DNA of 64,000 nucleotides from an uncultured Mycoplasmatota bacterium (GTDB taxonomy: Bacteria > Bacillota_I > Bacilli_A > RF39 > UBA660). The notes beneath the pieces were generated by a model. That model did no database searches. It had not been told where the DNA came from and saw nothing but the letters and a program-made list of their open reading frames with translations. The DNA lies in contig CAMMBL010000002.1 in assembly GCA_946494015.1 (NCBI GenBank), positions 1,379-65,378 on the forward strand, written 5' to 3'. This document shows positions 18,931-26,090 of this stretch, piece by piece. Position 1 is the first letter of the stretch. Each line of letters starts with the position of its first letter. Both the position numbers and the translations under genes were made by a program.

Positions 18931-19542
18931 GTGAAGAATAGTAACAAAGGTAACAAACAAGTATTATTATCAATACTTGGAGTGGCTATTTTAGTTGTAG
19001 CTGTTATTGGTATATCCTTTGCCGCATTTAATTATAGTAAAACAGGAACAAAAGTTAATACCATTACAACAGGTACTATTACGATGAGCTATAGTGAGCC
19101 TACAAATGGGATTAATTTAGTTGATGCTCTACCAACAACAGATGCTAAAGGTAAGGCTTTAACAGGTGATGGTAAAGTGTTTGATTTTACAGTTAGTGCT
19201 ACTATTGATGGTGTTACAACTATTAATTATGATATTACAGCTGCTAAAGATGAAACAAGTACTTTAGATGATTCTATTATAAAAGTATATTTGACTAATA
19301 TGGATGGTGATAGTGATACTGAGATATTAGCTCCTACTAGAGCTTCTGAATTACCAACAACAACATCATCATCTTCAGGAGCGCCAGATGGTCAATTTAT
19401 TTTACGCTCAGGTACTATTACATCATCTGAATCACATGATTATCGTTTAAGAATGTGGGTAGCTGAAGATTTTTCGACATTGGGTGCTAAAGGTACTTAT
19501 AAATTAAGAGTTAATGTTTATGGTAAAGCTGATGCTCAATAA
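18931..19542 (+). CDS. TasA/camelysin-like SipW-cognate secreted protein, paralog 5
   Basis: 203 aa with a GTG start after AAGGAGG. FAAFNYSKTGTKVNTITTGTITM and YRLRMWVAEDF...YKLRVNVYGKADAQ. Confidence 0.8.
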   Translation: MKNSNKGNKQVLLSILGVAILVVAVIGISFAAFNYSKTGTKVNTITTGTITMSYSEPTNGINLVDALPTTDAKGKALTGDGKVFDFTVSATIDGVTTINYDITAAKDETSTLDDSIIKVYLTNMDGDSDTEILAPTRASELPTTTSSSSGAPDGQFILRSGTITSSESHDYRLRMWVAEDFSTLGAKGTYKLRVNVYGKADAQ

Positions 19543-19552
19543 TTTTTAATAT

Positions 19553-19578
19553 AAGTGTCAAAAAAAAGACACTTTTTT
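19553..19578 (+). terminator. Terminator AAGTGTC-A8-GACACTT plus T-run
   Basis: Read directly. Confidence 0.7.
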
Positions 19579-19596
19579 CTTTTAAGCAAATAAAAC

Positions 19597-19626
19597 TTGC
19601 TAATACTATTTTTTGTGTGATATATT
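19597..19626 (+). promoter_or_regulatory. Promoter P6: TTGCTA, 18-nt spacer, TGaTATATT
   Basis: Read directly. Confidence 0.6.
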
Positions 19627-19651
19627 AATACTAAGAAGGAGAATAGACATA

Positions 19652-20248
19652 ATGGAAAAAAATAGAAAACAGATTATATGGTCAATTATAGGTATTGTTA
19701 TTTTAATATTAATGGCTATAAGTGTAAGTTATGCTGCAGTTTTTTATAGTAAAACTGGTGAAAAAGTTAATACGGTAACTACAGGTACAATTACAATGAG
19801 TTATAGTGAGAATACTAATGGTATAAATCTTACAGATGCTTATCCTATGGCTGATGGTATTGGTAAGACATTAAGTCAACAAAATCAATATTTTGATTTT
19901 ACAATTAGTGCTACTCTAGGTGATACTATTATTAATTATGCTGTTACTGCTACTAAAGAATCTGATAGTACTTTACCAGATAATGCTGTAAAAGTATATT
20001 TGACTGATATTAATGGCGGAGCTGATAAGGAAATATTAGCACCAACTAAAATATCTGATTTAGATATAACTAGATCACACGTATCAGGAGCACCAGATGG
20101 TCAATTCTTGTTATATAGTAACAGTTTTAGTAAAAATACATCAAATAATTATCGTTTAAGAATGTGGGTAGCTAGTGATTATGTTCTTCCACTTGAAAGC
20201 CAAACATACAAATTAAGAGTTAACGTTTATGGTAGTGTAGTAGCTTAA
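19652..20248 (+). CDS. TasA/camelysin-like SipW-cognate secreted protein, paralog 6
   Basis: 198 aa from the ATG at 19652, preceded by an AGGAG RBS; the ORF track TTG at 19613 lies inside the promoter. SYAAVFYSKTGEKVNTVTTGTITM and YRLRMWVASDY...YKLRVNVYG. Confidence 0.8.
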   Translation: MEKNRKQIIWSIIGIVILILMAISVSYAAVFYSKTGEKVNTVTTGTITMSYSENTNGINLTDAYPMADGIGKTLSQQNQYFDFTISATLGDTIINYAVTATKESDSTLPDNAVKVYLTDINGGADKEILAPTKISDLDITRSHVSGAPDGQFLLYSNSFSKNTSNNYRLRMWVASDYVLPLESQTYKLRVNVYGSVVA

Positions 20249-20264
20249 ATTTATAAAAATATAA

Positions 20265-20292
20265 GGTGTAATATAAGAAACTACACTTTTTT
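20265..20292 (+). terminator. Weaker terminator GTGTA-N11-TACAC plus T6
   Basis: Read directly. Only a 5-bp stem. Confidence 0.45.
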
Positions 20293-20293
20293 C

Positions 20294-20322
20294 TTTACCT
20301 AAAAAAATTCCTGTGGTACAAT
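20294..20322 (+). promoter_or_regulatory. Promoter P7: TTTACC, 17-nt spacer, TGgTACAAT
   Basis: Read directly. Confidence 0.5.
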
Positions 20323-20349
20323 TATTTTAAAGTATAGGGAGTGTTTATT

Positions 20350-20982
20350 ATGAATAATCAAAATTCTGAAGATAAAATAATTGAGAAAAATTCTAGTAGT
20401 AAATTATTTATTATAATAATTGCACTTTTAATATTTAGTATTACAATAGTTGGTGTTTCTCTTGCGACTTTTACTTATACTAAGGAAAAAGAAAATATAA
20501 ATACTATTAGTACGGGAAATATTTATTTAAATTATACAGAAGATACTAATGGAATAAATATTACTGATGCTTATCCTATGGCTGATGAAGTAGGTAAAAA
20601 ACTTACTAATGAAGATCAGTATTTTGATTTTTCAGTTAAAGCTGATTTAACAGGTAATGTTGTTACTAATTATGAAATAGCTGCTGAAAAGACTGAAACT
20701 TCAACACTTAATAATGACGAAGTTAGATTGTATTTAGAAAAAAAAGTTGATGATACTTATCAAGAAGTTATGGCTCCTAAAGAATTTACTCCTTTGAAAG
20801 AAAGTACAGAAATTGGTACTTTAGCAGGAACAATGTTGTTAGATAAAGCTTCTTTCAAAAAAAGTGGCATAATTAATTATCGTTTAAGAATGTGGGTAGC
20901 TGATGATGCAATTTTAACTGATATACAAAAAAGTTTTGGAGTTAAAGTTTCTATAAAAGCTAAAGTTGATTTAGACAAATAA
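20350..20982 (+). CDS. TasA/camelysin-like SipW-cognate secreted protein, paralog 7 (most divergent of the array)
   Basis: 210 aa from the ATG at 20350 (GGGAG RBS 8 nt upstream). SLATFTYTKEKENINTISTGNIYL and YRLRMWVADD...FGVKVSIKAKV. Longer cytoplasmic N-tail, and it lacks the SGAP motif of paralogs 1-6. Confidence 0.75.
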   Translation: MNNQNSEDKIIEKNSSSKLFIIIIALLIFSITIVGVSLATFTYTKEKENINTISTGNIYLNYTEDTNGINITDAYPMADEVGKKLTNEDQYFDFSVKADLTGNVVTNYEIAAEKTETSTLNNDEVRLYLEKKVDDTYQEVMAPKEFTPLKESTEIGTLAGTMLLDKASFKKSGIINYRLRMWVADDAILTDIQKSFGVKVSIKAKVDLDK

Positions 20983-21069
20983 ATTTAGAGGTAATTTTTC
21001 CTAAATATTAATTTTCCTCTTTTTTAGTTTGCATTGTTGATATAAGAATATTAAGTGGGTGATAACTCG

Positions 21070-21744
21070 ATGAAAAATAATAAAAAAAATTGGTTATATA
21101 CATTAAAGAAATTTTTCCATTTCTTGACAACAGTTTTAATGTATTCTATTTGTTTATTAATGGTAATCATTTTTTTAGTATTTGTAGTTAACTTTATTGA
21201 TAAACAAAATAATATTAAAGCTGGTAATAATAAAAAAGATCTTTTATCAGCTTATACAATAGTTAGTCCAAGTATGGTTCCAGCGATAAACGTTCTTGAT
21301 GTAGTTGTTACTAAAAGAGTAGATGATCCTAATGAATTAAAAAAGGGAGATATTATTACTTTTAATTCTACTGATTATAGGTATTCTGGTGTTACAGTAA
21401 CTCATAGAATTGTTGATATAGAAAAAACTAGTAATGGTAAATATTTATATGTTACGAAGGGTGATAATAATAATACTCAAGATTCTTCGAGAATTAGCTT
21501 TGATGAGATTTATGGCGAAGTAATATTTAGAATTCCTAAGATAGGGTATATTCAATATTATCTTAGTTCTATACTTGGTTGGGTATTTATAATTATAATA
21601 CCAGCTGTTATGATTATTATTTATGATATATATAAATTAGTTAAGACTTTAAACACTAAGGATGATAGTAAGGGTAACAAAAAAAATAAAGATAAAACTG
21701 TTAAGAAAAAAGAGAATGTTAAGAAGAGGAGATTTGAAAAATGA
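21070..21744 (+). CDS. sipW: SipW-type (ER/archaeal-type, S26B) signal peptidase I
   Basis: N-terminal TM helix, catalytic Ser box VSPSMVPAI, VTHRIV His box (Ser/His type, no Lys box), KGDNN box and a C-terminal TM helix. Reads collinear with B. subtilis SipW (LSGSMEP...VTHRIVDI...TKGDNN, from memory). A K-rich tail follows. Confidence 0.85.
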   Translation: MKNNKKNWLYTLKKFFHFLTTVLMYSICLLMVIIFLVFVVNFIDKQNNIKAGNNKKDLLSAYTIVSPSMVPAINVLDVVVTKRVDDPNELKKGDIITFNSTDYRYSGVTVTHRIVDIEKTSNGKYLYVTKGDNNNTQDSSRISFDEIYGEVIFRIPKIGYIQYYLSSILGWVFIIIIPAVMIIIYDIYKLVKTLNTKDDSKGNKKNKDKTVKKKENVKKRRFEK

Positions 21745-22280
21745 AAAAGAAGATATTGTTAATAATGGCGGGGTTTGCTTTATTTGTCTTTATTTTGACA
21801 ACATCTATGCTATGGTTTAATTTCTTTTATGATGAACCTGATGTAAATACAATTAGTTCTATACAAGTACAACTTAGTGATACTAATAATGTAATTAATG
21901 AAGCAAATTTAATTCCACTTGATGAAGAAACAGCTAAGTATCTTACTCCTTATGAATTTAGGGTTAGTAATCAAAGTGATGCTGCAACAACTTACAATGT
22001 GTTATTAGAAGATGCAATTATTAGTGATGATATTAATTATAGTAGTAAAGAATTATTAAGTAGAAATCAGTTAGAATATCAATTATCACTTAATGGTAGA
22101 GTTATAAAACATGGTATGTTAAGTGATATAAAGAATAATATTTTGGATACTAGGAATATTGGTACTAATCAAGAAAATTATTATCAATTAAGAATATATG
22201 TAAGTGAAAAAGCTCAAACAAGTGCATGGCAAAATAAATATTATCATTTTAATATAAGAGTACAAATGGAGGATAAATAA
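21741..22280 (+). CDS. Divergent eighth member of the fibre-subunit family (candidate anchor or minor subunit)
   Basis: 179 aa; its ATG overlaps the sipW stop (ATGA). The N-terminal TM helix is followed by WFNFFYDEPDVNTISSIQVQLSDTNNVIN, compared with FAAFSYSKTGTKVNTITTGTITMSYSETTNGIN in the array. YQLRIYVSE and YHFNIRVQ mirror YRLRMWVAD and YKLRVNVYG. Confidence 0.7.
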   Translation: MKKKILLIMAGFALFVFILTTSMLWFNFFYDEPDVNTISSIQVQLSDTNNVINEANLIPLDEETAKYLTPYEFRVSNQSDAATTYNVLLEDAIISDDINYSSKELLSRNQLEYQLSLNGRVIKHGMLSDIKNNILDTRNIGTNQENYYQLRIYVSEKAQTSAWQNKYYHFNIRVQMEDK

Positions 22281-22282
22281 AG

Positions 22283-22972
22283 ATGAAAAAGATTTTATTA
22301 GAGTATGCTAATATTATTGGTTATACTATTACAGGTTTGATTTTTGGATTATCGTTTTTTCTATTATTTATTAATTTTTATCATTCACAAGAATTAAGTT
22401 ATGTTGCTGATGTAAGTGAGTATAATACAATAAATAAAGATACTGTTTCTCAGAAAATTGCTACAATAAGAGCTAATTTAAGTGTATATAATCAAGCAAA
22501 TTATAGTGGTAATTTGAATATCTATGGTCTTAATACAGCTCAAATAAAATTAGAGGAATGTTTAAAAATTATAGAAAGTCCAGAAATGATGGCATATTTT
22601 GAGAAAAAAGAAATTCAATTAAAAGATAGTTATAATTTTGCTGTAGATTTTAAAAATAAGATTTTAAATGATTGTTTAGTTATGCAAGTTAAATCTATGT
22701 TTAATACTGATACAGTATCTAAGCTTCCTAATTTTGATATTATTAAACCATATGTTGAACTTAGTTTAAATAATTTATTAAGCTCATCAGCTTATGTACA
22801 GGCTGATTTAGAAAATGCTGATCATTATTTCTTTAATACAAATGGCAATAGAACTAATTTCTTTGATTTAGTTAATGATAGTTATTCTAATATTATGAAT
22901 GATTATCAAGATTCACTTGATTTATTAGTAGAAATTTCGGCTTGGTTTAAGAGTATAGTAATAGGAGGATAA
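22283..22972 (+). CDS. Hypothetical single-pass membrane protein with a ~190-aa extracytoplasmic domain
   Basis: Starts 2 nt after the preceding stop. N-terminal TM helix (ITGLIFGLSFFLLFINF). No family recognised. Confidence 0.6.
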   Translation: MKKILLEYANIIGYTITGLIFGLSFFLLFINFYHSQELSYVADVSEYNTINKDTVSQKIATIRANLSVYNQANYSGNLNIYGLNTAQIKLEECLKIIESPEMMAYFEKKEIQLKDSYNFAVDFKNKILNDCLVMQVKSMFNTDTVSKLPNFDIIKPYVELSLNNLLSSSAYVQADLENADHYFFNTNGNRTNFFDLVNDSYSNIMNDYQDSLDLLVEISAWFKSIVIGG

Positions 22973-22973
22973 G

Positions 22974-23426
22974 ATGAAAAAGATACTTAATGGTTTATTT
23001 TATTTTTTAAAATTTTTATTGTTGATTGGTGCTTTTGGATTAACTTTATTTATTTTAGTAAGAATGAATATAAGATTAGATAAAAGTGTAACTACAATTA
23101 TTCCTGAAATTGTACCATTTATACTAATATTACTTGTATTTATTATTAATTTTATTTTTAAACAAAAAGGTGTTACTGATAATGTATTTTATAATATTAC
23201 TTGTTGTTTGGTATTTACTACTATAATAGTAGCAAGTTTAAGAGCAATTTTTGATACAAATATGGTTCTTAATAAGAAATATGGTTATGGTATTGATTTT
23301 AATTTTTTTGATAATTTTATTGCTTATATTAAGATTATGGTTTATGGATTATCAATCGCTAATTTATTTTTAATGTTTAGAGAAAAAGATAAAGATGAAA
23401 AGCCTAAGAAAGAAAAAAAAGCTTAG
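22974..23426 (+). CDS. Hypothetical polytopic (~4 TM) membrane protein with a Lys-rich C-terminal tail
   Basis: Starts 1 nt after the preceding stop. Four hydrophobic segments. No family recognised. Confidence 0.6.
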   Translation: MKKILNGLFYFLKFLLLIGAFGLTLFILVRMNIRLDKSVTTIIPEIVPFILILLVFIINFIFKQKGVTDNVFYNITCCLVFTTIIVASLRAIFDTNMVLNKKYGYGIDFNFFDNFIAYIKIMVYGLSIANLFLMFREKDKDEKPKKEKKA

Positions 23427-23502
23427 ACTTTTTATTTTTTGTATAGTAAACTAATTTATATGTGTACAACTTTTATTAATTGTAAGTGAAAAGAGTGATA
23501 TT

Positions 23503-24300
23503 GTGGATAATTTTAGATTTAAAAAAAAGTTTGGTCAAAATTTTTTAAAAAATGCAAATATTATTAAAAAAATAGTTGATTGTGGTAATGTTGAACCTGA
23601 ATCATTAATTTTTGAAGTAGGGACAGGTAGCGGTAATTTAACTTTAGTTTTAGCTGATACTTATAAAGATAGTAAGATTATAACTTATGAAGTTGATGAG
23701 TCATTAGAAGTTATTTTAAATAATAGATTTAAAGAATATAATAATATTATTGTTAAATTTGGTGATTTTTTAAAAGTAGATTTAGATAAAGAAGTAAGTA
23801 ATTATAGTTATAATAAACTTTATTTTATTAGTAATGTTCCTTATTATATTACTACACCTATTTTATTTAAACTTATTGATAGTTCACTTAGCTTTGATAA
23901 AATTATAATGATGGTTCAAAAAGAAGTAGGAGATAGATTTTGTAGTAGTGTTTCTAAAAAGACTTATGGAGCTTTAACTGTTATTTTAAATTATTATTTT
24001 GATATAAAAAAAGAATTTTTAGTAGATAGAAATCAATTTGTTCCTAAGCCTAATGTAGATAGTGTAGTTGTTTCTTTTACTAAGAAAGCTAAACTTTTAC
24101 CACTATATGATGAGAAAGTTTTTATTAAGTTAGTACATGATAGTTTTAAATTTAAGAGGAAGACATTACGTAATAATTTAGTTAACTATAATTTAGATAA
24201 AGTTTTAGAAATACTTAATAAATATGGCTTTGATCTTAGTGTTAGAGCTGAAAATTTAAGTTATGATATTTTTGTTGAGATATCTAATAATTTAGTATAA
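23503..24300 (+). CDS. rsmA: 16S rRNA (adenine1518/1519-N6)-dimethyltransferase
   Basis: KKFGQNFL, EVGTGSGNLT and SNVPYYITTPI motifs. GTG start. Confidence 0.92.
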   Translation: MDNFRFKKKFGQNFLKNANIIKKIVDCGNVEPESLIFEVGTGSGNLTLVLADTYKDSKIITYEVDESLEVILNNRFKEYNNIIVKFGDFLKVDLDKEVSNYSYNKLYFISNVPYYITTPILFKLIDSSLSFDKIIMMVQKEVGDRFCSSVSKKTYGALTVILNYYFDIKKEFLVDRNQFVPKPNVDSVVVSFTKKAKLLPLYDEKVFIKLVHDSFKFKRKTLRNNLVNYNLDKVLEILNKYGFDLSVRAENLSYDIFVEISNNLV

Positions 24301-24338
24301 ATAATTTTTCTAAACATATAATTTATTGGGTGAATTAT

Positions 24339-25127
24339 ATGTTTAAAATAGGAGATTATGTAACTAGAAAATCTTATAATAATGATATCTTATTTGAAGT
24401 AGTTGATATTGATGAAGATATTGCCTATTTAAAAGGTATAGATGTTAGATTATATGCTGATAGTTATCTTGATGATTTATTATTAGCAGATGTTGATATT
24501 TTAAACAATGATAAAAATGATGATCGTAATTATGCATTAAAAATTAAAGATATGTTAAGTCTTGATAGAAGTGAATTTTTTTATTTGCCAGGTAAAATTT
24601 TACATATTGATGGGGATAAAGATTATTTAAAAAGGTGTATTGAATTTTATAAAGAAATGCGATTAGAAGCTTATGGTGTTAATATTTTAGAAGATGAATT
24701 TGAAAAAGAAATAGTTACATGTTTAGAAAAATATAATCCTGATATTTTAGTAATTACAGGTCATGATTCGTTTAAAAAGAATAAAGATAAAAATAAGCTT
24801 GACAGTTATCAAAATTCTTATAATTTTGTAAAAGCTACTATGAAGGCTCGTGAATATGAAAGAAATCAAGATAAATTAATTATTATTGCTGGTGCTTGTC
24901 AATCTTTTTATGAAGATTTAATTAAAGCTGGTGCTAATTTTGCTTCTAGTCCTAAAAGAATTAATATTCATGCTCTTGATCCGGCTATTATTGCTAGTAC
25001 TATTGCTTTATCTCCGAAAAATAAAGAGATAGATTTAATTTCTGTAATAGAAAAAACACATTATGGTAGTGCTGGTATGGGTGGTATTATTACTAATGGT
25101 GTTATGTATGTGGGGTACCCTAGATGA
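24339..25127 (+). CDS. yabG: Sporulation-specific peptidase YabG
   Basis: MFKIGDYVTRKSYNNDILFEV N-terminus and the ITGHD...GACQS core. Follows ksgA as in Bacillus. GGGTGA RBS. Confidence 0.8.
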   Translation: MFKIGDYVTRKSYNNDILFEVVDIDEDIAYLKGIDVRLYADSYLDDLLLADVDILNNDKNDDRNYALKIKDMLSLDRSEFFYLPGKILHIDGDKDYLKRCIEFYKEMRLEAYGVNILEDEFEKEIVTCLEKYNPDILVITGHDSFKKNKDKNKLDSYQNSYNFVKATMKAREYERNQDKLIIIAGACQSFYEDLIKAGANFASSPKRINIHALDPAIIASTIALSPKNKEIDLISVIEKTHYGSAGMGGIITNGVMYVGYPR

Positions 25128-25342
25128 ATATTGATAAAATAAGAAAAGAAATTGAAATGCAAGCTGGTGAAACTTTGCATTTTAAGTTTAATGGTAGTAG
25201 AAATCAAATATTAGAATTTGATGGAAAAATTATTGAAACTTATCCTGCTATATTTGTTGTTAAGTTAACTAGTGATAAAAATAATATTAAGTCGTTTTCT
25301 TATAATGATTTAGTTACATCTAGTTTAGAAATAATTAAGTAA
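25124..25342 (+). CDS. veg: Veg family protein
   Basis: 72 aa. The block G..L.FKFNGSRNQ..EFDGKIIETYPAIFVVKL matches the remembered Veg pattern (LKANGGRRK..ERSGILAETYPSVFVIQL). Confidence 0.8.
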   Translation: MNIDKIRKEIEMQAGETLHFKFNGSRNQILEFDGKIIETYPAIFVVKLTSDKNNIKSFSYNDLVTSSLEIIK

Positions 25343-25417
25343 AAATACTTGCAAAACTTTAATAGTTATTATAAAATTAAGTTGTAAAGTATTAATGCTT
25401 TAAAAGGAGGAACGACG

Positions 25418-25696
25418 ATGAAAATTACATCTGTAAATGTACGTAAAATTGAAAAAGAAGGAAGCCGTATGAAAGGAATAGCATCTGTTTTGCTAGATGA
25501 TTCGTTTGCTGTTCATGATATTAGGATTATTGAAGGTGATAATGGTTTATTTATTGCTATGCCTAGTAGGAAAACACAAGCTGGTGGTTATCGTGATATT
25601 GCTCATCCTATCAATCCAGAAGTTAGAGCAATGTTTCAAGATAAAATTATTGAAGAATATAATAAAGTTAAAGATGAGTCAAAAGAAGAAGATTAA
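25418..25696 (+). CDS. spoVG: Septation/sporulation regulator SpoVG
   Basis: [48 protein letters not shown] is the classic SpoVG sequence. Confidence 0.93.
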   Translation: MKITSVNVRKIEKEGSRMKGIASVLLDDSFAVHDIRIIEGDNGLFIAMPSRKTQAGGYRDIAHPINPEVRAMFQDKIIEEYNKVKDESKEED

Positions 25697-25716
25697 TTGT
25701 TTTGATTCTTAAGTAT

Positions 25717-25747
25717 AAAAGTTTTGGTGATTATCAAAACTTTTTTT
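25717..25747 (+). terminator. Rho-independent terminator
   Basis: Perfect 10-bp stem AAAAGTTTTG / CAAAACTTTT plus a T-run. Confidence 0.8.
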
Positions 25748-25793
25748 GTCCTAATTTATTAAAGTTTTGCATATATTTTATTAGGGTGATGAT

Positions 25794-26090
25794 ATGGAAA
25801 CAAAAGATGCAATAATTAATAATTATAATCATAGTATTACAATTACGGAAAGAAAGAATCTTCTTATTACTGGAGTAAAGAAAATAGAAAATTTTGATAG
25901 TGAAGAATTTTTACTTGAAACTGTTATGGGAATATTAACAGTTAAAGGTGAAGATTTAGAATTGGTTAAATTGGATACTTTAGCTGGAAATGTTTCTATA
26001 AAGGGATTAGTAAAAGGCTTTTCTTATATAGATGATAATGTTAAAAAGGAAAAAGAAGGGAGTAGCGTTTTTAATCGCTTATTTAGATAA
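25794..26090 (+). CDS. yabP: Sporulation protein YabP
   Basis: 98 aa. The pattern H.ITI..R..L.ITGV..IE.FD.EE is typical of YabP. Followed by yabQ and divIC as in Bacillus. Confidence 0.8.
   Translation: METKDAIINNYNHSITITERKNLLITGVKKIENFDSEEFLLETVMGILTVKGEDLELVKLDTLAGNVSIKGLVKGFSYIDDNVKKEKEGSSVFNRLFR

Larger units (their letters stand above)
15964..20982 (+). repeat. Seven tandem cassettes (terminator-promoter-RBS-gene); start-to-start spacing 722, 714, 714, 715, 721 and 698 bp
   Basis: Gene starts at 16066, 16788, 17502, 18216, 18931, 19652 and 20350. Intergenic regions are ~100-116 bp and share one layout. The 5' ~190 nt of genes 1-5 are very similar by eye. Confidence 0.9.

Noticed and set aside
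15964-20982. Regular ~715-bp periodic repeat; considered as a CRISPR or other non-coding array
   Set aside because: The period is far too long for CRISPR, and each unit contains a complete RBS-preceded ORF with protein-level (not just nucleotide-level) conservation. No short direct repeats, spacers or cas genes are present.
16066-20982. Alternative identities for the seven paralogs: type IV pilins or pseudopilins, lipoproteins, sortase substrates, mycoplasma-type Vlp lipoproteins
   Set aside because: There is no G/FTLIE class III signal, no Cys at all (so no lipobox), no LPXTG or C-terminal anchor, and no internal tandem repeats. The N-terminal motif instead matches the TasA/camelysin SipW-cognate pattern, and a SipW-type peptidase lies adjacent.
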